From contig JBDRCB010000006.1 of NCBI GenBank assembly GCA_043822125.1, positions 123,520-187,519 on the forward strand: 64,000 nt of DNA, in the 5' to 3' direction. Shown here piece by piece: positions 19,700-29,403 of the stretch (position 1 is the first letter of the stretch; each line of letters starts with the position of its first letter). A model generated the notes under the pieces. It searched no databases, was not told where the DNA came from, and saw only the letters and a program-made list of their open reading frames with translations. The stretch is from an archaeon (GTDB lineage Archaea > Nanobdellota > Nanobdellia > Pacearchaeales > GW2011-AR1). The translations under genes were made by a program, and so were the position numbers.

Positions 19700-22351
19700 A
19701 TGAAAAAAGAGAATCTTCGCGGGCTTGACAAAAAAGAAGCTGAAAAAATTCTGCAAGAGCACGGCTACAATGAAATAAGAGATATAAATAAAATCTCGCC
19801 ATTTAAAATTCTCTTAAGGCAGATAAAAAATAATTTTATTATATATTTCCTGGCTGTAGCAGTAATAATTTCTTTTTTAGTTGAAAAATATGCAACAGGA
19901 TATGCAATCATAGCTGTTATTGTTCTGGTGGTTTCAATAGGATTTGTTCAGGAATACAAAGCTGAGAGAGCAATAAGTGCATTGAAAGAAATGATTGTCC
20001 CTGTTTCAATTGCAATAAGAGACAGAAAAGAAACAGAAGTTCTGACAAGGGAATTAGTCCCAGGAGACATACTTATCTTAAGAAATGGAGAGAAAGTTCC
20101 AGCAGACTGTATAATTTTAGAAGAGACAGGACTGCTTGTAAATGAATCAATCCTCACAGGAGAATCAAAAGAAGTAAGAAAATTCGCAGTTAAAAAAGAG
20201 CAGGATTACAAAGAAAAAAACCAGCTTTTTACAGGCTCTTTTATTGTGAATGGAAAATGCACTGCGAAAATAATAAATACAGGCATGTTAACAAAGTTCG
20301 GAAAAATAGCAGGTATGATTTCAACTGCTGAAAAAGAGCTCCTTCTCCAGAAAAAAATAAACAAAATCTCAAAATACATGGCAGCCATAGGAATTTCTTT
20401 ATCTGTGCTGACAGGAATTTTAATTCTTCTTCAGTCAAAAATCATAACATCAGAAGTTTTAGTAAGTATCTTAATACTCACTATTGCAATAGCAGTTTCA
20501 TCTTTTCCAGAAGGATTCCCAGTGGCTTTAATCACTTCTTTATCAATCGGCACATACAGGATGGCAAAGAAAAATGCAATTGTAAACAGAATGTCAATAA
20601 TTGAAACCCTCGGAGAAACAACTGTAATCTGCTCTGACAAAACCGGAACTATCACAACAGGCGAGATGACAACAAAAGAAATTTATACAGGACAAAGAAA
20701 ATACTCTGTAAGCGGAATTGGATATAAAGCAGATGGGGATTTTTTTCTTGATAATAAAAAAATAAAAATAGATAAAGAAAAAAATCTTCAGCTCCTTTTA
20801 AAAACAGCTGTTTTATGCAATGACGCAGAAATCAGCAGAACAGGAGAAGACAATATCCACTATGTAATCGGTGCTCCAACAGAAGGTGCTTTATTAATCG
20901 CAGGTGCAAAGGCAAAATTATTTCGAGGAGAAATCAAACATTCAAGAGAAAAAGAAATTCCATTCAGCTCTGAAAGAAAAATAATGACTGTGCTGTGCAA
21001 AGAAGGGAAAAATGAGACAATCTACTCAAAAGGTGCTTTTGAAATTCTCATTGAAAAATGCAAACACATACAAAAAGAAAACGGAGTTTTCAAAATGCTA
21101 AAAAAAGACAGAGAAATTTTTGAAGATATAAACAGACAGATGACTTCCCGTTCATTAAGAGTAATTGCGTTTGCATACAGAAACCTGAAGGAATCGCATA
21201 GAGAGAAAAATCTTGAAGAAGAATTAATTTTTATCGGGATAGTAGGAATAGAAGACCCCCCTAGGAAAGAAGTAAAAATGGCAATAGAAATCTGCAGAAA
21301 GGCTGGAATAAAGGTAAAAATGATTACAGGAGATAATAAAGAAACAGCAATAGCAATAGCAAAGCAAATTAATCTAGACAAGGGAAAAATCATAGATGGA
21401 AAAGAAATTGATTCTATGACTGACGAGCAGCTGGCAAAAGCAGTAAAAGAGATTGTAATTTACGCCAGAGTAAATCCGGAGCACAAGCTTAGAATTGTGA
21501 AAGCATTCAAGGAAAACGGCGAGATAATAACCATGACTGGCGACGGTGTCAACGATGCTCCTGCACTTAAAGAAGCACACATTGGAATCGCGATGGGAAA
21601 AAACGGAACAGATGTTTCAAGGTCTGTTGCTGATTTGACATTAAAAGATGATAACTTCGCAACAATTGTCGATGCTATCAGGGAAGGTAGGACAATTTTC
21701 AACAACATCAGAAAATTCATAACATATCAAATATCATGCAATTATGCTGAACTAATGATAATTATTACAGGAGTCGCTTTAGCTCCTTTATTCGGGTGGC
21801 CAATCCCCCTCCTGCTCGCACTTCAAATACTTTTTATGAATCTAGTCACAGACAATCTTCCTGCAATAACTCTTGGTTTAAATCCTTCTTCAGAAGATAT
21901 AATGGAGGAAAAACCCAGAAAAAAATCAGAACTACTAAATAAAAAATTATTTAAAATCATAATTTTCACAGGAACAATAATGTCTCTGCTCACACTTGCT
22001 GTATTTTATATTTCTTTCAACAGACTCGGCGACAATGTGGAACATGCAAGGACAACAGCACTCACTGCACTGATTTTTCTTGAAATAGGAGGAGCATTCA
22101 CATTCAGGTCATTCAGAAAAGGCGTCTTCAATAGGTCTCCTTTCATAAACAAGTATTTATTCTTCGCATCATTAATTTCAATCTTAGCAACAATAATAAT
22201 TATATTCACCCCACTGAACAGGATTTTCGAAACAGCACACATAACTGCAGTCGGCTGGGCTGTCGCAATATCTCTCTCATTATTTTTTGTATTTGTGTTT
22301 GATGTTCTGAAAAAAATAAACAACAAAAAACACTTTTGGAGAGATGAATGA
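19700..22351 (+). CDS. P-type cation-transporting ATPase (type II-like, Ca2+/Mg2+ class)
   Basis: DKTGTIT phosphorylation motif, TGDGVNDAPAL hinge motif, PEGFP in TM4, 10 TM helices. Confidence 0.9.
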   Translation: MKKENLRGLDKKEAEKILQEHGYNEIRDINKISPFKILLRQIKNNFIIYFLAVAVIISFLVEKYATGYAIIAVIVLVVSIGFVQEYKAERAISALKEMIVPVSIAIRDRKETEVLTRELVPGDILILRNGEKVPADCIILEETGLLVNESILTGESKEVRKFAVKKEQDYKEKNQLFTGSFIVNGKCTAKIINTGMLTKFGKIAGMISTAEKELLLQKKINKISKYMAAIGISLSVLTGILILLQSKIITSEVLVSILILTIAIAVSSFPEGFPVALITSLSIGTYRMAKKNAIVNRMSIIETLGETTVICSDKTGTITTGEMTTKEIYTGQRKYSVSGIGYKADGDFFLDNKKIKIDKEKNLQLLLKTAVLCNDAEISRTGEDNIHYVIGAPTEGALLIAGAKAKLFRGEIKHSREKEIPFSSERKIMTVLCKEGKNETIYSKGAFEILIEKCKHIQKENGVFKMLKKDREIFEDINRQMTSRSLRVIAFAYRNLKESHREKNLEEELIFIGIVGIEDPPRKEVKMAIEICRKAGIKVKMITGDNKETAIAIAKQINLDKGKIIDGKEIDSMTDEQLAKAVKEIVIYARVNPEHKLRIVKAFKENGEIITMTGDGVNDAPALKEAHIGIAMGKNGTDVSRSVADLTLKDDNFATIVDAIREGRTIFNNIRKFITYQISCNYAELMIIITGVALAPLFGWPIPLLLALQILFMNLVTDNLPAITLGLNPSSEDIMEEKPRKKSELLNKKLFKIIIFTGTIMSLLTLAVFYISFNRLGDNVEHARTTALTALIFLEIGGAFTFRSFRKGVFNRSPFINKYLFFASLISILATIIIIFTPLNRIFETAHITAVGWAVAISLSLFFVFVFDVLKKINNKKHFWRDE

Positions 22352-22420
22352 GTTTTTGGTTGGGAAAAAGAAAAGGCTTTGAAATTTATTATAGATTCAT
22401 AACTATTAGCACCCTTTAAC

Positions 22421-22440
22421 TTAACAAAGCCAAAACCCAG
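22421..22440. repeat. Left copy of a ~21-bp direct repeat TTAACAAAGCC(C)AAAACCCAG. It forms a perfect 9-bp hairpin (AACAAAGCC-loop-GGCTTTGTT) directly after the ATPase gene
   Basis: 20/21 identity with 31470..31490. The hairpin was verified by eye. Confidence 0.6.
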
Positions 22441-22611
22441 GCTTTGTTAAATAAGTCCTAATTTTAGTTTACTTTTTTAACAGAATTTCTAAGCACTTAG
22501 AATAAAATTAAATCCAAGAAGAACCAATATAGCGACATACCAATATTTATTCACAAAATCAAACCATTCCATAAAAGAAATTATACTTACTTATTAAAAA
22601 ATGTTTCTATT

Positions 22612-22761
22612 TTATATTTTCTTTTCATCCTTACATTTAGGACATTTCTTCGCTTTACCTTTCTTGTAAGGAAAGTGTCCGTGCTTGTCATAGAACTCTA
22701 AGTCATCTGTGCATCTCTTAATTAATTCTGGTGTTACTTTCTGAAATTTTTGTTTAGTCAT
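22612..22761 (-). CDS. 49-aa zinc-ribbon-like protein translationally coupled (ATGA overlap) to the upstream nuclease gene
   Basis: Hand translation gives MTKQKFQKVTPELIKRCTDDLEFYDKHGHFPYKKGKAKKCPKCKDEKKI (C...H.H...CxxC). It is below the ORF-track size cutoff. Confidence 0.3.
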   Translation of the reverse strand: MTKQKFQKVTPELIKRCTDDLEFYDKHGHFPYKKGKAKKCPKCKDEKKI

Positions 22762-24224
22762 TTAGCAATCTCCCTCAAAGCATTAACAATTTCAACTTCT
22801 GCCAGAGTATCTAAACAGCAATATTTCTCTAAAGCATCTCTAACTTTTTGTCGGTCTTCTTCTGAAACATCATTATAAGTAACTCGTGCAAATTCAAAAC
22901 TCGCAACATCACCTTTGGAAATATCCATTCCATCGTATTTTAAATCTGAGTGCAAAGGCAGAACTTTCTTTATACTAACCGAACCTTTTTGTTTGGAATC
23001 ATAATAATAGAATTTATCAAAAACTTCCATCAAATCTTTTATTCTTGGTAATAAGTTATCTTCTATTAATTCCTTATATTCTGGGAAAAATTCAGCAAGT
23101 TCTTTCAAAACCATCTTTTCAAACCTTTGATTATAAACCAAAATGTCTCCCTTATCGCCAAGATTATCTTTCAATGATTGAATTAATGTAGGTCTTGGGT
23201 CTTTTGTCCCTTCTGCCAAGAAAGAAATGTGTTTTAATTCTCCATTTGGTTTATCTTGAATATGCAAACTAAACTGAAAAGGAATCTGTTGATAAGGTCT
23301 TGAATTATCAAATCTTGGAACTGCTGAGCTAATTGTTTCAAAATCAAAATAATAAATTGGATATTGTAAGTTATCCAAAAACTCTTTTATTTGTTTTTTG
23401 TCAATATGCTTTTCTCCATTTTCTGCAACATATTTCTGAATACTTTGTTTATCATTAAGTTTAAACCAATTTGGAATATCAACCATTTTAATTATTCCTT
23501 CTTTGTAAAGTGGAACTGCTTTTTTCTTTAAAATTCTAACAAACTCAAAAATATTATTTTCTGGTAGAGATTCCATAAATTCATCTTTGGCGATATTGTC
23601 ATATTCAATAGTTAATAAATCATCAACTTGAAACTCTGGACATTCTCCATTAATACAATCTAACATAGTCATTGCTCTTGACTCTACTTTTTCAATAGAT
23701 TCAACTTTCTCTGTAACTTCTGTCTGCATTAAAAGTTCTTTAGAATTAATTTCTCCTTGTTTCACATAATCAGGATTTACATGGAGAACAAAACATTTTC
23801 TTATTTTCAAACCTGATTTTTCATAAACATATTTTTGGAAAGCCAAATCTTCTAAGTGAATTTTCTTAGCTTTTGTTGAACTCTTAACTTCAATAATATC
23901 CCATTTATCATTTTCAACAGGCAAGAGAATATCTCCTCTTGAATATAAATCTTCATGTAGAAAACTCGCCTGAAATAAAGGAACTCTTTTTTGTGTATGT
24001 TCTTTAGTCTTTTCTACTTGTTCGTCAAATTTAAATTTAGATAAATCAACAATATCGGGAAAAAGCTGTTTAGCATATTCTTCAATTACATAACCTTCTT
24101 CAAATCGTGCCTTGTCTAACTCTGTTAGCTCAGGTATTCTTTCTTTGTCGTTTTTGTTAATCCAAAGCCACCTCAAACATTGAATCCCACAAATGTAGTC
24201 GGATTTTGTTAGCATTTTAATCAC
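22758..24224 (-). CDS. RecB/Cas4-family PD-(D/E)xK nuclease domain protein (N-terminal nuclease plus ~300-aa uncharacterised C-terminal region, DUF2779-like)
   Basis: GDILLPVENDKWDIIEVKSS (D...EVK) and FQKYVYE (QxxxY) motifs. N-terminal CGIQC and C-terminal CC cysteines. It overlaps the specificity-subunit gene by 8 nt. Confidence 0.5.
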   Translation of the reverse strand: MIKMLTKSDYICGIQCLRWLWINKNDKERIPELTELDKARFEEGYVIEEYAKQLFPDIVDLSKFKFDEQVEKTKEHTQKRVPLFQASFLHEDLYSRGDILLPVENDKWDIIEVKSSTKAKKIHLEDLAFQKYVYEKSGLKIRKCFVLHVNPDYVKQGEINSKELLMQTEVTEKVESIEKVESRAMTMLDCINGECPEFQVDDLLTIEYDNIAKDEFMESLPENNIFEFVRILKKKAVPLYKEGIIKMVDIPNWFKLNDKQSIQKYVAENGEKHIDKKQIKEFLDNLQYPIYYFDFETISSAVPRFDNSRPYQQIPFQFSLHIQDKPNGELKHISFLAEGTKDPRPTLIQSLKDNLGDKGDILVYNQRFEKMVLKELAEFFPEYKELIEDNLLPRIKDLMEVFDKFYYYDSKQKGSVSIKKVLPLHSDLKYDGMDISKGDVASFEFARVTYNDVSEEDRQKVRDALEKYCCLDTLAEVEIVNALREIAK

Positions 24225-25317
24225 TTAGAATCTCAACTTTTAAATTTATTATTCTTTGGTAATTTTCTCTAATCCTTTCTTTAATTTCCTCAACTAAATT
24301 ATATTTTTCTGCAATTTCTTTTTGTTTTTCTAAATCAAACTCTCCCTTCTCATCAATTGGAACATTTATATTTAAGATGTACAATTTTTCATCTCCAACT
24401 TTATTTTTCCAATTAAATCCTTTTTCTTTAAAGAGGATTTTTAGTTTCCATAATAAAAATTCATAGTCTAAATGATTTGATTTTTTAACTAATAATTTTG
24501 CATCAGAATTAATACTAAATTTGTGTTTTGGTCTATAGAAGATTGTTCCAGCATAAACCCCATTTGTTGTTATTTGAACACATTCTATATTGTAATCAAA
24601 AGAATTTATACTCCCGAGAATCCCATTATTTTTTGTATTTGAAGAATAAACTGGGAATTCTCCCTCATTCACATTAACATATTTTTTTGTATATTTTGAA
24701 TTTCCCTTTTTCAGTTCAAAAATTTTATCAAAGGAAAAATTTTCTTTATTTCCCTCTAAAATTATTTCTACATTTAAATTTTCTATTCTATCATAATCTA
24801 ATTTTAATTTATCTTTTATAGATTCTATTTTATTGAATTTGCTTACTATCTCCTTTTGCTTTTCCAAATCAAATTTTCCATCTTTTCTTAATGGGATTTT
24901 TATTTCTAAATTTCTTAGTTTTCCTTTGTATAGTTTATTATTCTTATTAAGTCCCAATGAAGGAAGTATGTTATTTATTTCAATTGCTACAAAAGGGAGA
25001 TAAATTTCATCAGATTTTGTTATAATTATATTTAAGACATCATTGGCATAGAAAGTTTCATCTCTAAAGAAAGCCGAATAATCTGTAGCATCCGCATTAA
25101 TAGTTATACATTCTCCAGAAAATTTTTTAGATTTTGGAACAATTTCCTTTATTTTATCCGAAACAAAACCTAATGATTCTCCTTTGTATTTTGATGAACT
25201 ATATACTGGAATATTTCCTTCTGCTTTATTTATGTCTTCTTTCCTTATTCTTTCTCCGTTGTCTACCTGAAAATACTTCTCGTCTCCTAAACTAATTTTT
25301 GTAAAAGAAGTCTCCAT
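24217..25317 (-). CDS. hsdS: Restriction-modification specificity (S) subunit with two target-recognition domains
   Basis: Duplicated conserved regions GKFDLEKQKEIVSKFNKIESIKDKLKLDYDRIENL and GEFDLEKQKEIAEKYNLVEEIKERIRENYQRIINL separate two variable domains. It overlaps the upstream methyltransferase gene. Confidence 0.75.
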   Translation of the reverse strand: METSFTKISLGDEKYFQVDNGERIRKEDINKAEGNIPVYSSSKYKGESLGFVSDKIKEIVPKSKKFSGECITINADATDYSAFFRDETFYANDVLNIIITKSDEIYLPFVAIEINNILPSLGLNKNNKLYKGKLRNLEIKIPLRKDGKFDLEKQKEIVSKFNKIESIKDKLKLDYDRIENLNVEIILEGNKENFSFDKIFELKKGNSKYTKKYVNVNEGEFPVYSSNTKNNGILGSINSFDYNIECVQITTNGVYAGTIFYRPKHKFSINSDAKLLVKKSNHLDYEFLLWKLKILFKEKGFNWKNKVGDEKLYILNINVPIDEKGEFDLEKQKEIAEKYNLVEEIKERIRENYQRIINLKVEILSD

Positions 25318-27497
25318 TATAATTCCTCCAAAATTTTACTTAGTTCCTCAAAATCATTTTGTATATTTTTTATTTCTTCTTTAAATTCTTCAATAGTTAT
25401 TACTTCCTCTTTTTTAGTTATCCCAATCTTTTCTTTCTCTTCTTTTTTCCACCATCTTTCAATAATCCAGTGTTTTTCTTCATCAAATTTATCAAAAGGA
25501 ATCATTTTACAACGAGGGTCATCAGAATCAAATGTTTTAGGGCTTCCTTTAGACTGATTAAATAAATTCTTTGCTTTATCTAAATCATTTTCTTCTATTT
25601 CAAATCTATCAACATTCAATTTTTCTCCAATATTGGAAACTAAATAAGTGAATACAGGGAAATCTTGAATTTCTTTTTCATCATTCTTTTTTGTTATTAC
25701 CAAAATATATGTTTTTTGAGGGGTATTGAAAAATGTTTTCATAGGAAGAGAGATAACTGCATTAACATAACAATATTTTTTTACTTCATCTCTCATCTTC
25801 TGATTAACAGGCAGATTAAAAATGCTATCAGGAAGTATAATAAAAGCAGTACCTTCTTTCTTTAGGTTTGATAAAATCCATTTTAAACTTAATCCTTGAA
25901 CCCCTGCACCACTATTTGAATAAAAATCCTCCAAACCTTCTTCTTCAATTTCTTTTCTTATTGTACTCATACCGCTTGTTATATAAGGCGGATTTGTCAA
26001 AATTAAATCTGGTTTATCTTCTTCGTCATCAAACATCTCTCTAAATGTTCCCAAATTTGAATCAGATAAAAAGTGAAAAGTTTCATTAATTAATTCGGAA
26101 AATTTATTGGTAAGGGTGGGATTTTTTTCAACCAAATCTGAAAGATAAATTAGCATATTTGCTTTTGCCAAAATTATTGTTCTTCTTTGTTCATCATTAT
26201 CTTCTCTTCCACTATCATAACCCAACAATTTAACACTGGAATTAATCTTGCCTCCTTTAGGTGTAAACTTATTTTTTATACTTGAAGAGATTTGGAAAGG
26301 CTCCAACACGAATCCTCCCACCCCACAAAAAGGGTCGCAGATAAATTTGGACTTGTCAATATCTGCCATCTCAACGATAGATTTAACCACTTTTCTTGGA
26401 GTGAAGAATTGCCCCAATTTACTTTTATCTTTACTCTGTTTCAAAAATGTTTCAAAAAGTTTTGTTTTAAACTCTTTTTTTATGTGTCTCAAATCTCCGA
26501 ATTTCTGATATTTTTCAATTGTATCTTTAAATAATGTTGCTTGAGACAGCACAGGGGTTCCATCTTTATTAACAAATATTGTTCCATTTATTATTCCTGT
26601 TTGGTCATTTCCAGCAGGAAATAATTCTTTTATTTTCTTTCTACACTTTGTAGCATAATGTTCAAGAACTTCTTTGTTGGGATAGCCTTCATTATACATT
26701 TTTATAAGATGATTAAAACTATAATCTCTTTGCAAAACACCCAAATCACTCAAAAACTTAAATATGAAAACCTCAACAACATTATAAAGACAAGCAGTTG
26801 GATTATCCTTTGTACTTATATAGATGCTTTGCCAAACATTTTTTGCGAGAGGTGTGGGGTCTGTCTTTTCCGTAGCTTTTAAAATTGAATTGTCTTTATC
26901 TGTTTCAAGAAGAACCCTTTCAATAGTTTGATATGTTTCTTTTGTGTCGTCATCAAATTTATTAATATCTTTTTGATTCTTTTCTTTCAAATAGAATTTC
27001 TTTTGTAGTTTCTGTTTATCATCATTTAGTATAAAAGAATAGCTTCTTTTTCTTCCAAATTCATCTTTATAAGAATTTGTTTTATCTTCATCATTTGGAT
27101 TTATCCAATGAGTAACAATACCGTCGGTGATTACCCCCATTTTTGCATTTAACACTTGGCACACATCGTTACATTGTTCAATGGCTTTTTTCTTTTGTTT
27201 GTCTGTTTGAAATTCCTTTGGTTTTTTCCATTCTATAGAAACTAAAACTTGAGGAACTTTTTTATTTCTCCTATCCACTACTAAACCATCTGCTCTCCTT
27301 TTTTCATAGTCCCCATAACTCTTTTTTTCAATAACCCTGCTTGATTTGTATTGTTTTATTGTTGTAGAATGTAACGGAAAGAATTCATACTCTCCAACAA
27401 AGATTCCTTGCTTATCTAATCCTCTTGAAATCTGCTCTTCACTTGCCATATATTTAACAGGTTTTTTCCCTTTATAGATTTTTCCCTTGCGATTCAT
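25317..27497 (-). CDS. N6-adenine DNA methyltransferase (gamma class) with a ~230-aa N-terminal extension that may be a PD-(D/E)xK endonuclease. Candidate BcgI-like Type IIB restriction-modification A subunit, or an HsdM-like protein
   Basis: QFFTPRKVV (motif X), DPFCGVGGFV (motif I FxGxG), LILTNPPY (motif IV). The N-terminus has D-x(n)-E-x-K (LVVD...VSIEWKK). There is no helicase-type HsdR anywhere in the operon. Confidence 0.7.
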   Translation of the reverse strand: MNRKGKIYKGKKPVKYMASEEQISRGLDKQGIFVGEYEFFPLHSTTIKQYKSSRVIEKKSYGDYEKRRADGLVVDRRNKKVPQVLVSIEWKKPKEFQTDKQKKKAIEQCNDVCQVLNAKMGVITDGIVTHWINPNDEDKTNSYKDEFGRKRSYSFILNDDKQKLQKKFYLKEKNQKDINKFDDDTKETYQTIERVLLETDKDNSILKATEKTDPTPLAKNVWQSIYISTKDNPTACLYNVVEVFIFKFLSDLGVLQRDYSFNHLIKMYNEGYPNKEVLEHYATKCRKKIKELFPAGNDQTGIINGTIFVNKDGTPVLSQATLFKDTIEKYQKFGDLRHIKKEFKTKLFETFLKQSKDKSKLGQFFTPRKVVKSIVEMADIDKSKFICDPFCGVGGFVLEPFQISSSIKNKFTPKGGKINSSVKLLGYDSGREDNDEQRRTIILAKANMLIYLSDLVEKNPTLTNKFSELINETFHFLSDSNLGTFREMFDDEEDKPDLILTNPPYITSGMSTIRKEIEEEGLEDFYSNSGAGVQGLSLKWILSNLKKEGTAFIILPDSIFNLPVNQKMRDEVKKYCYVNAVISLPMKTFFNTPQKTYILVITKKNDEKEIQDFPVFTYLVSNIGEKLNVDRFEIEENDLDKAKNLFNQSKGSPKTFDSDDPRCKMIPFDKFDEEKHWIIERWWKKEEKEKIGITKKEEVITIEEFKEEIKNIQNDFEELSKILEEL

Positions 27498-28762
27498 CTT
27501 ATCACCTCTTTCTCAACAACAAACTCTCCCCTAACTCCGAGTTCATTTATTTCCTGAATAATTACGCAAATGTTATGGCAAAGAATTTTTAAGAGAAGTT
27601 CGTTGATTTGTGCTGTCTTAGTTTTAGAACGAAGATTATCTTTAAACTTCGTCTTAATCATGTGGAACACCGTCTCAACATTACTCCTCTTATGATAATG
27701 TTCTAAAAACTCATCATGCTTGTAAATAAAATAATGATACATTTTTTTCCATATTCCACAACTTGCTCTTTTGCCACGAACATTTTTCTTAAAGGGAATG
27801 AAGGGGACAGCACCAACATCCTCAATCGCTTGTAAGTTCTTACGAGAACTGTAAGCCTTGTCTCCACTTACTTCGCCCACCCTAAAAGTCTTAGCTGTCT
27901 CCTCAACTAAGCGAGGCAATGAAGGACTATCATTCACCTCTCCTTCAGTAATTTCACATCCAGTTATAATGTTAGTTTTTGTTCCTGAAATTAAATGTGC
28001 CTTTAACCAAACTCTATATTTTCTTTCCTTTCCCCATTTTGTATCAAACCATCTCGCAAATCTTGAAGTAGAAAAACCTGAACTGTCAACTGCAAAATTT
28101 GTTTCAAATTCTTTTAATGGACTTGCACTAATAGAGATTAATTGTTTTAGAATTTCTGTTAAATCTTCTCTTTGCATAAAATAACAAATATTAGCATAGG
28201 TGCAAGTTGTTTCAACAAGATTCATTTCTTTTGCTATCTTGAAATCAGAGATAAATCTTCTTAGACTAAAAGTGGAATAAACTTTCAATGCAGAGGCAAA
28301 CAACATATCTGAAATTGGAAGTGTTGGTCTTCCAAATTTATATTCTGGTTGTTCAATATTACCACATAAATCTTTGAGCAATTTCATAAAAATTAATTTC
28401 TCATTTGTCTGTGCATTATTGTAAGCCTTCCAATCCTGTTGATAAGAAATTTTAACTCCTTTTGTTTCTGTTACTTGTCCTTCTTCATTTATCTGTCTCT
28501 TTACATAAAATTCTACTGCGTAAATATGCTTACACTTTTTATGCCTCATAGCACAATCAGGACAAGAACAAACTGGTCTGTCTTTCATAAGTTTCACTAC
28601 ATATTGTTTTGAAGTATTTGTTTGGGAAGTGACTCTCCAACCTTGAGAAACTTTTACTATTCTTGTTGATTTAGCCAAAAGCTTTCCTCGTTCTTCTCTT
28701 GTGAGATTCTTCCAATCTGTTTTTAATGTTTGTTCCATTTTATATAATTCGGTACCATACAT
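27494..28762 (-). mobile_element. IS4/IS5-superfamily DDE transposase with N-terminal SWIM-type zinc finger (insertion-sequence transposase gene)
   Basis: CSCPDCAMRHKKCKHIYAV (SWIM CxCxnCxH). DDE residues in VDSSGFS / GDKAYSS / Y-x2-R-x3-E-x6-K (YHKRSNVETVFHMIK, the YREK signature). Terminal inverted repeats were not identified by eye. Confidence 0.7.
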
Positions 28763-28795
28763 ACTTTATATACTTTTCGGTACCACAAAATATAC
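28749..28795. repeat. Two tandem imperfect copies of a TCGGTACCA(N)A..TAT.ACTTT element spanning the transposase start codon and the upstream region of gene 28819..29403. A third copy lies at 30912..30930
   Basis: TCGGTACCATACATACTTTATATACTTT / TCGGTACCACAAAATATACTTTAG. The third copy is GTCGGTACCATAATTTATAT immediately before the ATG of the HEPN gene. Confidence 0.45.
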
Positions 28796-28818
28796 TTTAG
28801 AAAGGTTTATATAGTTAA

Positions 28819-29403
28819 ATGGTTTTACTAAAACCATTAAGAAAAATGGTAGTAAAACCTAAGACAGAATTAAATGAGAAGGAGATATTCAGTTTATCTC
28901 GTGATGATAGAGAATTATATATCCAGAGATATATTTTAAGTTTATTAGAATCTAACAAGACCTCTGGACTAACCTTGAATACTCTCAATCGCTTGGTTAC
29001 TTTTGTTAGTAAACCTACTTTACTTAAACACCTGAATACATTAATGGCTAAAAGACAAATATACAAGGTTAAAAGAGGAAATGCGGTTGAATATTATCCA
29101 AATCATAGACCATTGCATCCTTTAATAAGCAAAATCATAACTCTTCAAAAAAAGAAATATAAATTCCAATTAATTGAATACGAAGATGGATTACAATTAT
29201 ATATACAAGAAATTAATAGAAATGTTTATGGAAAAGAAGAGGTTGCTGGAGGAATTTTGATACCCTTTACAGATTTAAACCAAATAACTACTTATCTCCA
29301 AAAAATAGAAAAAGAAAAATTAAAAATAATTGAAAATTTTAAACAGCAAAAAATAAAAGAGATAGAATCTAAAATAGATGGGGAAGAATACAATGAGTAC
29401 TAA
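28819..29403 (+). CDS. Winged-helix DNA-binding protein (putative regulator)
   Basis: wHTH-like segment YILSLLESNKTSGLTLNTLNRLVTFVSKPTLLKHLNTLMAKRQIYKVKRGNAVEYY. Its 3' end overlaps the next gene by 26 nt. Confidence 0.4.
   Translation: MVLLKPLRKMVVKPKTELNEKEIFSLSRDDRELYIQRYILSLLESNKTSGLTLNTLNRLVTFVSKPTLLKHLNTLMAKRQIYKVKRGNAVEYYPNHRPLHPLISKIITLQKKKYKFQLIEYEDGLQLYIQEINRNVYGKEEVAGGILIPFTDLNQITTYLQKIEKEKLKIIENFKQQKIKEIESKIDGEEYNEY

Noticed and set aside
19948-22326. Multiple 60-120-aa minus-strand ORFs inside the P-type ATPase gene
   Set aside because: They are antisense shadows of a well-supported 883-aa CDS with intact P-type motifs.
25317-27497. Calling the methyltransferase a complete Type ISP or Type IIG single-chain enzyme
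   Set aside because: No helicase motifs and no fused TRD are present, and the specificity subunit is a separate gene. A BcgI-like (IIB) or HsdM-like assignment is more consistent with the sequence.
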